Source: Firmicutes bacterium UBA5473
Lineage (GTDB): Bacteria; Bacillota; DTU084
DNA length: 38,355 nucleotides
Direction: 5' to 3'
Assembly: GCA_002427165.1 (NCBI GenBank)
Contig: DIQB01000014.1
Coordinates: forward strand, 6,377 to 44,731
Shown: in pieces, positions 9,254 through 19,143 of the stretch
Position numbering within the stretch: the stretch's first letter is position 1
Layout: every line of letters starts with the position of its first letter
Program-made: the position numbers and the translations under genes
Notes under the pieces: model-generated
The model's input: the letters and a program-made list of their open reading frames with translations, nothing else
Database searches by the model: none
Told to the model about the DNA's origin: nothing

Positions 9254-10066
9254 ATGAAAACCGTGAAAAAGTTAAATGTTCATGACCATCTTTGGGATAT
9301 AGGGGATAACACCGTTGAATTATTACTTCAGAAGATGGATCAACTAGAGATAGAGATTACTTGCATAACCTACGGCGCACGGCATCTTTTTCAGGAATAT
9401 GATTGTAATGATCTAGTTGAGGCTGCTTTCAAAAAATATCCTCATAGACTTTGCGGAATGGGTTTTGTTCACTTAGGAGTTGATGGTCCTAGCAAAGTAA
9501 GAGAGCTTAAGGATAGAGGTTTTGCAGGCTTAAAAATTATCTACCCTGCTGTAGCATATAACGATGAAAGCGCTTATCCAGTTTATCAGGAAGCGGAAAA
9601 ATTGAAAATGCCATGTTTATTTCATTTAGGTCCTGTAAGTACCACGAGCTCTCGACCAAAGGGCGTTTTCATAGATTCTAATCGAATGCGGGCTGGAATG
9701 CTTGACCCAATAGCGAGAGAGTGTCCACAACTTAGATTAATTGGAGCACATATGGGCTGGCTGGATCACAATGAAGCTTGGACTCTAGCTAGGATGCATC
9801 CTAATCTTTACCTAGATACTTCAGGAAATGGTCTGCTACGTAAGCAAAGCAGGGAATTTTATGAGTACAATATTTTAGGTTGGGAGCAAACTTTTCATAA
9901 ATTTATTTTTGGCACAGATCAATATTATCATACATGGGATGATGTAGTAACTACAGTTACAGATATGCTTGATCATACTTGGCAGGTGGATATTGAAACT
10001 AAGAACCTAATCTTTTACGATAACCTAGCAGCTATTCTAAGATGGGCTGGTGTGCCAAACTTATGA
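9254..10066 (+). CDS. Amidohydrolase-family (Amidohydro_2-type) metal-dependent hydrolase
   Basis: NVHDH metal motif, GLKI, PCLFHLG, IGAHMG, NLYLDTS, FIFGTD. Start chosen after the GAAAGGG RBS (ORF track starts at 9218). Confidence 0.85.
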   Translation: MKTVKKLNVHDHLWDIGDNTVELLLQKMDQLEIEITCITYGARHLFQEYDCNDLVEAAFKKYPHRLCGMGFVHLGVDGPSKVRELKDRGFAGLKIIYPAVAYNDESAYPVYQEAEKLKMPCLFHLGPVSTTSSRPKGVFIDSNRMRAGMLDPIARECPQLRLIGAHMGWLDHNEAWTLARMHPNLYLDTSGNGLLRKQSREFYEYNILGWEQTFHKFIFGTDQYYHTWDDVVTTVTDMLDHTWQVDIETKNLIFYDNLAAILRWAGVPNL

Positions 10067-10795
10067 AATGCGATTCTATAGAACTATTTAGTTTCTATGA
10101 ATATTACGTGGCTTTGGCAAATCAAAATATCATAATTGGGCAAAGAAAATGCTCAGAGGCCTTGCCTCATTTAAGTAAGATAAAGAATAAAAGCTTGAGA
10201 TTTTTTAAATTACTACGACATTACAACAGATGCTCCGAATTTCATTACGGATTTCGCACTGATAGCGCTACGGGTTAAGCTTTTTAATACAACCTCAATT
10301 TCGCATATGCTGTAAACCGGGCACTGAGGATGCGACATCTATTTGGGAAACGGTAAGCAAAGTAGATATTAAAAGACTTCTATGCTGCGAGCGCCCTTCT
10401 GCAGCCATACTGTAAGGGATGCTCAATAACTCATCAATTATTTCAAGCCGTCTTCATCAGTAGTTATGGTAATGCATTAACAAGGGATTATATCTTAGGA
10501 AGAGCACATAGACGAATATATAGGCTATCTTTTCTTGACAATATATTTTTTCGTCTGCAAGCTTCTTTGACGATTTTATTAAATATCCTTGCACTTATTC
10601 TACACTTTTTTGAGCAAAACAACTGTATAATGGGTTATTTTTGCGTCTTCAGCAAGCCCTACCGTAAGACAGTTTAAGCTGCTCTGGCGGCTATAGTAGC
10701 CTTAAGACGTACTGAGCGGTTCTTTAATAAGATATGCGGGTACCAAATCAATCAGGCCTTGGGTATGTTACTATTTGCGCAAGGCCTTATTTATT

Positions 10796-10949
10796 AGGTG
10801 TTCGATAGCGCCGGTTTTTGCTGGAAGGAACAAAGGAAAAAGAATAGTGCAATACAAGATCCGGGCGTGCAAATAAGGAGATGAACAGCAAGAGAATAGA
10901 GCTCCTCCATAGCAGAATGAATCCCTATAGGCAAAATTTGATAATCCAA
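10796..10949. repeat. Degenerate ~155-bp direct repeat, copy 1 (partner at 30616-30773)
   Basis: AGGTGTTCGATAGCGCCGGTTT...TGCAAATAAGGAGATGAACAGCAAGAGAATAGAGCTCCTCCATAGCAGAATGAATCCCTATA...AATCCAA aligns colinearly with copy 2. Confidence 0.85.
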
Positions 10950-11075
10950 GAGGCATTTACGATGTTGACTTCCCAAATTGATTGATGGTTTACCGCAATA
11001 TATCAGAGTTTATCTGCCTAAATTGTACTGCGAAAGTTGAGTCCAATAAGAAATATAAATATTTTTTTTCACAAG

Positions 11076-11134
11076 GAAGGATTTTACGACATCATGACGA
11101 AATATAAACAATAAAGCTATGTAATCGTTTTACG
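11076..11134 (+). promoter_or_regulatory. SigH-like promoter plus LacI-type operator upstream of the second LacI gene
   Basis: GAAGGATTT-N11-GACGAAA (11076-11102) and TGTAATCGTTTTAC (11120-11133). Same architecture as at 7466-7523. Confidence 0.45.
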
Positions 11135-11168
11135 TGAATTGATTTCAGCATAAAGAGAGGAAAAAACC

Positions 11169-12158
11169 GTGGTTACAATTTCTGACGTGGCGAAAGAAGC
11201 TGGAGTATCTCAGGCAACTGTATCTAGAGTTCTCAATAAGAAGAAAACAAATATCCCTATAAGTGAGAAGACAAAAAAGAAAGTTCTTGAGGCAGCTGAA
11301 CGCCTGAATTATACTCCCAATCGAGCTGCACAAAATCTTAGGACAGGTTCTACAAACAGCATTGGTTTCTTATTGTGTGAAAGACCATTTAGCAATCAAC
11401 ACTATTATATTATGCTGAAATATTTAGAATCGGAGTTGTCAAAGAGGGGTAAAAATCTACTTTTTTCGATTTACAATCCAAAGGAAGAATTACCACAAAT
11501 GATAATAGACCGAGCTGTAGATGGATTGTTTTTAGCAGGAAAAGTAACGAAAAGTTTAGTGGAAAAGGTACAAAAATCAAAAGTTCCATTTATTGTATTG
11601 GGCAGTATGGCAGATGAAGCTTGTGATATAAATACAGTATCTGGTGATTTAACTCATAATATAACTATGGCTTACGATTATTTATTAGCAAATGGGCACA
11701 GGGATATTTTTTATTTTTCTGATTACAAAGAGCCCTTGTTGGTGGAAAAGATTCGGATAGCTTGTAAAGATGCATATCAAAAAAAACAACTGCTCCCAAG
11801 AACAGACCTTATAATAACAAATTTAAAAGAGCCTTACTTCGCCATCAATGAGATTCTTTCTGAACATCCCGAAGTTACAGCGCTTATTATACAACAGCAT
11901 TATGTGAATGTCATAATGCGTATATTTGAACAGAAGCGATTGAGCATTCCAGAACAAATGAGTTTAATAATAATTGGTGATGAAGCATTAGATAATTGGC
12001 AACGTGAATATTATACTTATATTTCAAGTGCGACAAAAGAGTTGGTTGAGTGTGGTGTAGTGAATATCTTAAAAATGTGCAAAGGCGAAGGTGGTAAAGT
12101 AGATGCATTTATTAGGGGTGATGTATTCAAAGGAACGACCGTAAAAAAAAATTCATGA
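11169..12158 (+). CDS. LacI-family transcriptional regulator (paralog of 7544-8554)
   Basis: TISDVAKEAGVSQATVSRVLN HTH. Shares GFLLCER, GxVTK and VPFIVLG with the first LacI. Confidence 0.92.
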   Translation: MVTISDVAKEAGVSQATVSRVLNKKKTNIPISEKTKKKVLEAAERLNYTPNRAAQNLRTGSTNSIGFLLCERPFSNQHYYIMLKYLESELSKRGKNLLFSIYNPKEELPQMIIDRAVDGLFLAGKVTKSLVEKVQKSKVPFIVLGSMADEACDINTVSGDLTHNITMAYDYLLANGHRDIFYFSDYKEPLLVEKIRIACKDAYQKKQLLPRTDLIITNLKEPYFAINEILSEHPEVTALIIQQHYVNVIMRIFEQKRLSIPEQMSLIIIGDEALDNWQREYYTYISSATKELVECGVVNILKMCKGEGGKVDAFIRGDVFKGTTVKKNS

Positions 12159-12331
12159 AGGAATTTATCCGTGGAGATGGTGTTGTGAAAAGGAAAAAAT
12201 ATTACATAGCAAATGGTTCTTTATTGTTACTGCCTCTCACTTAATCATCAAAGAGTCGCCTTGTGTAATTTGCAAATTAAGCAGGATATAATTTTTTTTG
12301 TTTAAGCAATTATTTATTGTAAGGGGTTGAA

Positions 12332-13651
12332 TTGTTTATGAAGAGGTTAGGAATAAAAAGGTGCATCTATTTGGTATTAACAATATCGTTAATGCTATTG
12401 AGTCTCTTTATATTCGGTTGTGGGAAAAATGGTCCAACCGCTGTTTCCGATAGTGAAGTTGTAAACTTAAGGATCGGGTTACCTAGTGGTTTTGACGTTA
12501 CCCCAGAGGAGATAATAAGATTATTTGAGAAAAGAAATCCTAATATAAAAGTTTCTATAGATGATGCCCCCTGGGGAGATTACCAAAAAAGAGTACAATT
12601 GCAAATGATGTCAGGAGATTGCCCGGATGTTTGGTTTTTAGAAAGTGGAGTAATTATGAGTTATGGCTCATTAGGAGTAGCAGAAAACTTAAAATCATTT
12701 ATTGCTTCTAAGGAGAAGACGGGTAATTATTTGATGTTAGATGATACAAAGGATGGGGAAGGGAATGTCTGGGGGGTACCTCATGCTTTGCAACCAACGG
12801 CTTTAGCATATAATATCGACATGTTTCAAGATGCAGGTATGGAGCTTCCAGATGAAACTTGGAATTTTAACAACTTAATTGCTGTTGCAAAGAAGCTCAC
12901 AAAGAAAGATGCTAATGGGAAAACTCTCCAGTATGGCTTTATAACAGATTATTCAATAACAGTTGGCTATTATCCATGGATAAAAGGATTAGGCGGCAAT
13001 ATTCTGGATGAAACAAAATCAAAATCGCTTCTGAATTCTGACCCTACAACAAAAGCTATTCAAAAATGGGCAGATTTAGCTCATAAAGAAAACATATTCC
13101 CCCCTTATACAACATACAAAGCAAATAGAGGAAGCTATAATATGTTCGGCACAGGTAAAGGAGCTATGTTTTTCATTCAATATGTTTTAGCAAATAGAGT
13201 AAATAAAGACTTTCCTAATTTGAATTGGGATGTTGCTCCAATGCCTGAAAGTGTTGCTGGGAAAAGATATATTCCATATGTGGCTAATTCTTGGGTGATC
13301 TATAAGAAAGCGAAGCCTGAAGTGAAAGAAGCTGCTAAGCGCTGGCTTGAATTTTGGTTATCTGATGAGGCTCAGACTATCTTAGCAAGTAAAGGCGATA
13401 ATATTCCTGCCAACAGAAAATCATTCGAAAAGGTGCAAAGGGACCTACCCTCGCCTAGGAATCGAGAAGTTTTCATAAAGTATCTCGATGATTCAGGGAG
13501 TAACCTTGATTTAAATGCTACATGGAATTCATGGCAACCGATTATTGCAGCTGTGATGGAACGAATATATGGAGAAAGAGTGGATGTAGGTGCAGGTATT
13601 TCGGAAATGCATAAAGAAGTGGAAAAGATATTAATAAAAGGAAAAAAGTAA
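12332..13651 (+). CDS. Carbohydrate ABC transporter substrate-binding lipoprotein
   Basis: Lipobox FIFG-C. Family-1 SBP motifs PDVW, WGVP, LAYNIDMFQDAG..LPDETW, WDVAPMP. Start may be the ATG at 12338. Confidence 0.9.
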   Translation: MFMKRLGIKRCIYLVLTISLMLLSLFIFGCGKNGPTAVSDSEVVNLRIGLPSGFDVTPEEIIRLFEKRNPNIKVSIDDAPWGDYQKRVQLQMMSGDCPDVWFLESGVIMSYGSLGVAENLKSFIASKEKTGNYLMLDDTKDGEGNVWGVPHALQPTALAYNIDMFQDAGMELPDETWNFNNLIAVAKKLTKKDANGKTLQYGFITDYSITVGYYPWIKGLGGNILDETKSKSLLNSDPTTKAIQKWADLAHKENIFPPYTTYKANRGSYNMFGTGKGAMFFIQYVLANRVNKDFPNLNWDVAPMPESVAGKRYIPYVANSWVIYKKAKPEVKEAAKRWLEFWLSDEAQTILASKGDNIPANRKSFEKVQRDLPSPRNREVFIKYLDDSGSNLDLNATWNSWQPIIAAVMERIYGERVDVGAGISEMHKEVEKILIKGKK

Positions 13652-13682
13652 GCCATATTTATTAGTTATTGGAGGCAATGAA

Positions 13683-14555
13683 ATGGGTGAACGAGAAAAG
13701 TGGGGATATTTGTTTTCACTTCCTTATCTAATCTTCCTTTCATTATTTTTTATTGGTCCTGTCATATATCTAGTTTTTTTGAGCTTTACAAACTTTAATG
13801 GATTTTCTCCTCCGTCGTGGGTCGGTTTTGGAAATTGGATATCTGTGTTTAGTGATCAAAAAGTATGGCATGCAGTCAGAAATACTGCTTTTTTCGCTAT
13901 TATCTTTGTACCACTTCAAACTATTTTAGCTTTAGTTCTGGCTTTTTTAATGCAAAAAACAACTTTAGGTACTACTACTCTTCGAACTTTGTATTTTCTT
14001 CCTGTGGTTACTCCATGGGTTGCGGCGACCGTAATTTTTTCGGTATTACTTTTACCTGAGGTTGGGATTGTTAGTAAAGCTGTTGCTAAATTTGGTTTCA
14101 AAAATGCCCAGTGGTATTTAAGTTCGAATTGGATGGAAGTCATGGGAACTTTAGCTGTGCTCAATGCTTGGAAGGGCATAGGTTCATCTATGGTTATCTA
14201 TACGTCGGGTTTGCAGGGAATATCCAAAGAAGTTAATGAGGCTGCCATTATAGATGGTGCTTCGACATGGGAGCGTTTTAAGCATATTACAGTGCCTCTA
14301 ATATCCCCAACAACATATCTAATTGTTGTATTAGGTACTATATCTGCCTTTCAGGTCTTCGAATTAGTGTTGTTGTTAGCTGGCAATGATAAATCAACCT
14401 CCATTCATGTTCTCAATACTTTAATTTATAGATCAAGTTTTGGAGAATTAGCTTTTGGTGAAGCAGCAGTAATTACATGGGTTCTTATAGCAGTTGTTTT
14501 TTTATTAAATGTTGTATATAGAGCGCTTGAAAAGAGGTTGGTTCACTATGAATAA
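13683..14555 (+). CDS. Carbohydrate ABC transporter permease (MalF/UgpA-type)
   Basis: Hydrophobic helices, RTLYFLPVV and EAA loop EAAIIDGASTWERFKHITVPL. Confidence 0.93.
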   Translation: MGEREKWGYLFSLPYLIFLSLFFIGPVIYLVFLSFTNFNGFSPPSWVGFGNWISVFSDQKVWHAVRNTAFFAIIFVPLQTILALVLAFLMQKTTLGTTTLRTLYFLPVVTPWVAATVIFSVLLLPEVGIVSKAVAKFGFKNAQWYLSSNWMEVMGTLAVLNAWKGIGSSMVIYTSGLQGISKEVNEAAIIDGASTWERFKHITVPLISPTTYLIVVLGTISAFQVFELVLLLAGNDKSTSIHVLNTLIYRSSFGELAFGEAAVITWVLIAVVFLLNVVYRALEKRLVHYE

Positions 14556-15372
14556 AGTTAAGATTTCAAGGTGTATAGTGTTAACCCTATTAATACTAGG
14601 CGCGTTGATAACTATAATGCCTTTCCTATGGGGATTCTCGACTTCTTTTAAGACTATGCAAGATTATGCTATGAGCGATAAGATTAGTTTTAGTAAAATT
14701 AACTTTCAAAACTATAGAAGGGTTTTATTGAAGAATGATATTGGTAAGTATGCTTTAAATAGCATATTAATAAGCACTATTGATGTTCTAGGATTATTAA
14801 TGTCATGTTCGCTAGTAGGTTATGGACTTGGGGTGTTAAAATTTAAGGGGAGCAACGTTATTTTAGGTATGGCAATTGCTACAATGTTCCTACCCGGAAC
14901 AGCAACTATGATTCCAGTTTATTTGATATGGAACAAGTTAGGTGCTGTTGGTACATATATTCCCTTAATACTACCTTCATTTTTAGGTTCTGCTTTTGGT
15001 ATTTTTTTATTGCGTCAATTTTACGCAACCTTACCTAATGAACTGTACGAGGCAGCGCATATAGACGGTTGTAATCCAGGCACAGCTTTTTGGTATATCT
15101 ATTTACCTTTAACTAAAACGCCGCTTGCTGCGTTGGCAGTATTCTCCTTTATTAATTCATGGAGTAACTATTTAGGACCTTTGATATACATACATGATAA
15201 GACAAAGTATACCCTTACAATAGGCCTGGCATACTTAAAAGGGCAATATAGTGTTGATGTCCCGGCACAAATGGCAGCATCGATGCTTACTATTCTTCCT
15301 GTTATGATAATCTTCATTTTTTTACAAAGGTTTTTCATCGAAGGAATTGCATCAGCTGGTAAAAAAGGTTGA
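14548..15372 (+). CDS. Carbohydrate ABC transporter permease (MalG/UgpE-type)
   Basis: FLLRQFY..LPNELYEAAHIDG and IFIFLQRFFIEGI. The ATG at 14548 overlaps the upstream permease. Confidence 0.93.
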   Translation: MNKVKISRCIVLTLLILGALITIMPFLWGFSTSFKTMQDYAMSDKISFSKINFQNYRRVLLKNDIGKYALNSILISTIDVLGLLMSCSLVGYGLGVLKFKGSNVILGMAIATMFLPGTATMIPVYLIWNKLGAVGTYIPLILPSFLGSAFGIFLLRQFYATLPNELYEAAHIDGCNPGTAFWYIYLPLTKTPLAALAVFSFINSWSNYLGPLIYIHDKTKYTLTIGLAYLKGQYSVDVPAQMAASMLTILPVMIIFIFLQRFFIEGIASAGKKG

Positions 15373-15421
15373 AATATCATTATCTCAATTGGGCAAATAC
15401 TAATATATTGAGGGTGATTAA

Positions 15422-18214
15422 ATGAGAGTGGAAATTTCTAAAAGTAGAGGGATATTATTTTTTGTAATCTTAATGATGGTATTTCTAGTGGGGACTGGTT
15501 ATTCTGCTACTACAGGACCAAATATTTTTCAGGCGGGTGGATTCGAATTAGAACCATTAAAGTGGTCCCTTACCGATGATGCATTAATAGATGATACTGT
15601 TGCATACCAAGGACAAAAGTCTCTTAGAATAAGAGGTAAAGGAACAGCACATAATGCAAGTTATCACTTAGCTGTTCCTCCAGGGATTTCTATGATGCTT
15701 AAGGTATGGATAAAAACAGATAACTTTTCTGGTTATACTCCAAAAATTAGTGTTGGCTTTAAAGATATAAATAAAGGGTATACTTTAGGTGACAAGACAG
15801 CATATACTGAGATTGTCCCTAAATATGGAACAAATGAGTGGGAAGAATATGAAGAAATAGTTCAAATACCTGAAGAGGCATACTATATTTATGTGACAAT
15901 AGCGGGGAAAGGTGGCGCGGGGACTCTTTGGTTCGACGAATGCTCAGTACAATTGGTTGGAACTGATCCTGTACCGCCTAACCCACCGAATAATCTAATC
16001 GGTGGCAGAGTTAATGAATTTAATAGTTACTTAAGATGGGAAGAGCCTGGAGCAGCCTCAGACGGTGAAAAACCGATCTGCTATCGAGTATATAGGAGCA
16101 CTTCAACTTTTAATTTAGTGTCTCCTAATAATTTGATAGGGGAGGTTTATTCTACTAGTTATTTAGACCAAGATATGTTATCACCCATTCAATATTGTTA
16201 CGCTGTAACATCCGTGGATTTATTAGGAAACGAAGCTGCCTCAGAAATAATAATAGTTTCAGATAAAAGTCCAAATAAACTTGCGGGGAATTATGGCTTT
16301 GAGGATATTAACGATAAAAAATGGACCCTATATCAAGGTTCTGGTACCGTTGAATATGATGATACAGTCTCCTTTGATGGTAATTATAGTATAAAGATGG
16401 AACAAAAGGTGGTTTCCACCGATAATTCTCAGCTTCATCACGGCAAGGAGCCTATTGTAGTTAAGGAGGATACAGATTATGTAGCTACAGTATGGGTGAA
16501 AGGTGACAATATACTTGTTGATGGTACCAAAGGTGGTTTGAATTTCTTTATTCAGACTGGCCAGCCAAACGCTCCAACTGTTTTTGTAGATGGAACATTT
16601 GATTGGACTTTACTTCATTTATATTTTAATTCAGGTTCTGCAAAATCAGTGATTCCACGCATTTTATTCTCTAGTGGTACGGGAACTGCATGGATAGACA
16701 ATTATTATTTAGCAGAGCTTAATGAGGGCCTATCGCCTAATTCACCGGAAATACTTAATGCAGAACGAATAAATGGAACTAAAAAGGTGACTATTGAGTG
16801 GAGTCCTCCTAAAGATGTTTCTGGAGTTGAAGTAATAGGATATAAACTACTTAGATCTAGTGATCCTGATTTTTCAACCGATACGACTATCGAGTATTCC
16901 GTTGGACTAAAAACAGAGTTTACTGATGATGATGTTGATCCTTATTCTGTTTTTTATTATAAAGTAATTGCAGTTAGTGGCACAGGATCGGAAAGCATTC
17001 CTAGTGAAGTTGTTTCAATTTCAACTATGGGAAAGGTAGAAGGGACAATAATTGCTTACGATTCTAATGGTGAAATAATTTATATCAGCGAGGCATCATT
17101 ACAAATAACTGATTTGAATATAGAAAATGTTTTTAGCGATGAAGATGGTAAGTTCACGATTGAAATGCTTTTGGAGGGTAACTACAAGTTAGAGATACGC
17201 AAAGCTAGTTATAAAAAAGAACCCTCTTCGTTTGAGATAGTTGGAGGAGAAACCACAATCTTAGATCCTATAACCTTGAAAAAAGATGATGTTAAACCAA
17301 ATCAGGTAACATATCTATCAGTAGATGCAAATAGTCACATTGGGGCTCTTTTAATAAGCTGGGAACCACCTGATCCGGAAGGCGATGGTGATGAGGCAGT
17401 AGCATATAATATTTATAAATCAACAGATCCGGATTTTGAGGTAAACGAAAACACTAAAGCTTTTGCAAATATTAAAGGGACTTTGTTTATTGACAACAAA
17501 GTTGTATTTGAAGAAACATATTACTATGTTGTTAAAGCTTTAGATGCTGCCGATAATGAATCAGAATTAGCTTCACCAACAAAGGGAGGAAAGGTAGAAG
17601 TTCCACCAATCCCAAAGATCATAGAACCAGAAAGTGGGAAAATATTTACAGATGAAGCTCTGTTTTTCCAATGGGAAAGAGAAACAGTAGATGGCTATAT
17701 TCTGGAGATATGCTCAGTGGAGGATTTTTCGAAGAACGTAGTGGAGCTTCCTCGAATACCAGGTGAGGATAGTTCTTTTTCCACCAAAGAATTTCCGGTG
17801 GGAGTAAGCTATTGGCGTTTGAGAGTTTCTTATGATTATGAGGTTGTTGGTCCCGCAACTAAACCTAGGAAAATTATTTATACTAAGACAAATACTGGGC
17901 TAGATACTTTGCTGTATGTACAAATTGTACCCAAAGTATTCGACCCTCAAAATGACCATACCGCTAAAATATATTTCGTATTAGATGAAGAAGCTACAGT
18001 TTCTGTAAAGACCTATAATGTTGCTGGAAAAGTATTGGATGTAATTGCTCTGAATGAACATTTCCCTGCAGGTGAACATTATTTTGAATGGAATGGAACA
18101 AATAATAGAGGTGAACATTATAAAAATGGATTATATCTTATTGAGATCTTAATCAAAAATTTATCGGATAAAAAAACCAATAGGTATGTTGGAAGGGTCG
18201 TTATCAATAAATAG
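15422..18214 (+). CDS. Secreted multidomain glycan-binding/surface protein: 2x CBM4/9-like, FN3 repeats, carboxypeptidase-regulatory-like Ig, C-terminal FlgD-Ig/T9SS-CTD-like domain
   Basis: Signal peptide. NIFQAGGFE...WFDECSV and NKLAGNYGFE...AWIDNYYL (CBM_4_9-like). Three W..P...Y.vYRS...YYY.V.A.D..GNES FN3 units. C-tail PKVFDPQND..IYF...TYNVAGKVL...WNGTNNRG...NGLYLI...GRVVINK. Confidence 0.75.
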   Translation: MRVEISKSRGILFFVILMMVFLVGTGYSATTGPNIFQAGGFELEPLKWSLTDDALIDDTVAYQGQKSLRIRGKGTAHNASYHLAVPPGISMMLKVWIKTDNFSGYTPKISVGFKDINKGYTLGDKTAYTEIVPKYGTNEWEEYEEIVQIPEEAYYIYVTIAGKGGAGTLWFDECSVQLVGTDPVPPNPPNNLIGGRVNEFNSYLRWEEPGAASDGEKPICYRVYRSTSTFNLVSPNNLIGEVYSTSYLDQDMLSPIQYCYAVTSVDLLGNEAASEIIIVSDKSPNKLAGNYGFEDINDKKWTLYQGSGTVEYDDTVSFDGNYSIKMEQKVVSTDNSQLHHGKEPIVVKEDTDYVATVWVKGDNILVDGTKGGLNFFIQTGQPNAPTVFVDGTFDWTLLHLYFNSGSAKSVIPRILFSSGTGTAWIDNYYLAELNEGLSPNSPEILNAERINGTKKVTIEWSPPKDVSGVEVIGYKLLRSSDPDFSTDTTIEYSVGLKTEFTDDDVDPYSVFYYKVIAVSGTGSESIPSEVVSISTMGKVEGTIIAYDSNGEIIYISEASLQITDLNIENVFSDEDGKFTIEMLLEGNYKLEIRKASYKKEPSSFEIVGGETTILDPITLKKDDVKPNQVTYLSVDANSHIGALLISWEPPDPEGDGDEAVAYNIYKSTDPDFEVNENTKAFANIKGTLFIDNKVVFEETYYYVVKALDAADNESELASPTKGGKVEVPPIPKIIEPESGKIFTDEALFFQWERETVDGYILEICSVEDFSKNVVELPRIPGEDSSFSTKEFPVGVSYWRLRVSYDYEVVGPATKPRKIIYTKTNTGLDTLLYVQIVPKVFDPQNDHTAKIYFVLDEEATVSVKTYNVAGKVLDVIALNEHFPAGEHYFEWNGTNNRGEHYKNGLYLIEILIKNLSDKKTNRYVGRVVINK

Positions 18215-18303
18215 AATGTTAAAATGAGATTAATAATTACTACCTTTTATTGTTGGTAATAAGCAATTAATTTCGTTAAACAATGAAGATTGGAGGGCGA
18301 GAT

Positions 18304-19119
18304 ATGAATTTTAACAGAGGTAAAGAGGTGTTAACTCTTTTCCTAATTATAATTGCAGGAATTTCTATATTCCAATGCAAAGCATTTGAAAATATCGGTG
18401 TTGGTGTGCGAGCTATAGGTATGGGTGAAGCTTTTACTGCTATTGCCGATGATACATCTGCTCCATATTGGAATCCAGCTGGATTATCTTTTGTTGACAA
18501 ATTAAGAATAACAGCTGCTCAATCTGATTTATATAATTTAGGGCTAATGCATAATTTTATTGGTATAACAATATCCCCATTGAAGTTAGGAATTCATTAT
18601 GAAGATTTTACTGATATCAAAGATGAATTAGGATTCAATGAATCGACAATTAGATTGTCAAAATCGTTTCTGCCAATGCCAAATGTTAGCATAGGGCTTA
18701 CTGCTAATAGATTTCAGCAGTATTTTGAGGGTGGTAGCGGTGATGGTTATGGTTTAGATGTTGGCTTGATAATTGATTCTTTCAAGTTGCCAGAGATCAA
18801 AATAGGCGTTAATGTGAAAAATTTGCTCTCTAGTATTAGATATAATACCGGGACAATAGAATCCTTATCACCAAAATTAGAATTCGGTGCTAGTTATGTT
18901 GGTGTGCGGCAAACTATTGGAGTAGATATAAATAAAGAAAAAGTCTCCTTAGGAATAGAGCAACAACTTTCTAAACAGGTTTGCGTTAGGTTCGGTTATA
19001 CTGAAGAAAACTTTAGCCTTGGTTTAGGTGTAAACATCAATAAATGGCAACTAGACTATGCTTTAACAAAGAAAGATTTGGGTATTAAAAACATTATTTC
19101 ATTAACAAAAACCTTCTGA
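18304..19119 (+). CDS. PorV/PorQ/UPF0164-like (FadL-superfamily) outer-membrane beta-barrel
   Basis: Signal peptide followed by GVGVRAIGMGEAFTAIADDTSAPYWNPAGL, the hallmark N-terminus of this superfamily. Amphipathic strands (GYGLDVG, IGVNVKNL, VRFGY, FSLGLG, LDYA) and terminal Phe. GGAGG RBS before 18304. Confidence 0.75.
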   Translation: MNFNRGKEVLTLFLIIIAGISIFQCKAFENIGVGVRAIGMGEAFTAIADDTSAPYWNPAGLSFVDKLRITAAQSDLYNLGLMHNFIGITISPLKLGIHYEDFTDIKDELGFNESTIRLSKSFLPMPNVSIGLTANRFQQYFEGGSGDGYGLDVGLIIDSFKLPEIKIGVNVKNLLSSIRYNTGTIESLSPKLEFGASYVGVRQTIGVDINKEKVSLGIEQQLSKQVCVRFGYTEENFSLGLGVNINKWQLDYALTKKDLGIKNIISLTKTF

Positions 19120-19143
19120 TTCAAAGGAAAGGAGACGAACCTT

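Noticed and set aside
10771-10976. Minus-strand 60-61 aa ORFs
   Set aside because: They overlap the direct repeat, whose second copy differs by several indels, and they have no recognisable motif.
12332-15372. Missing ATPase as a sign of a defective ABC transporter
   Set aside because: Firmicute carbohydrate ABC importers commonly share an unlinked MsmK/MsmX-type ATPase.
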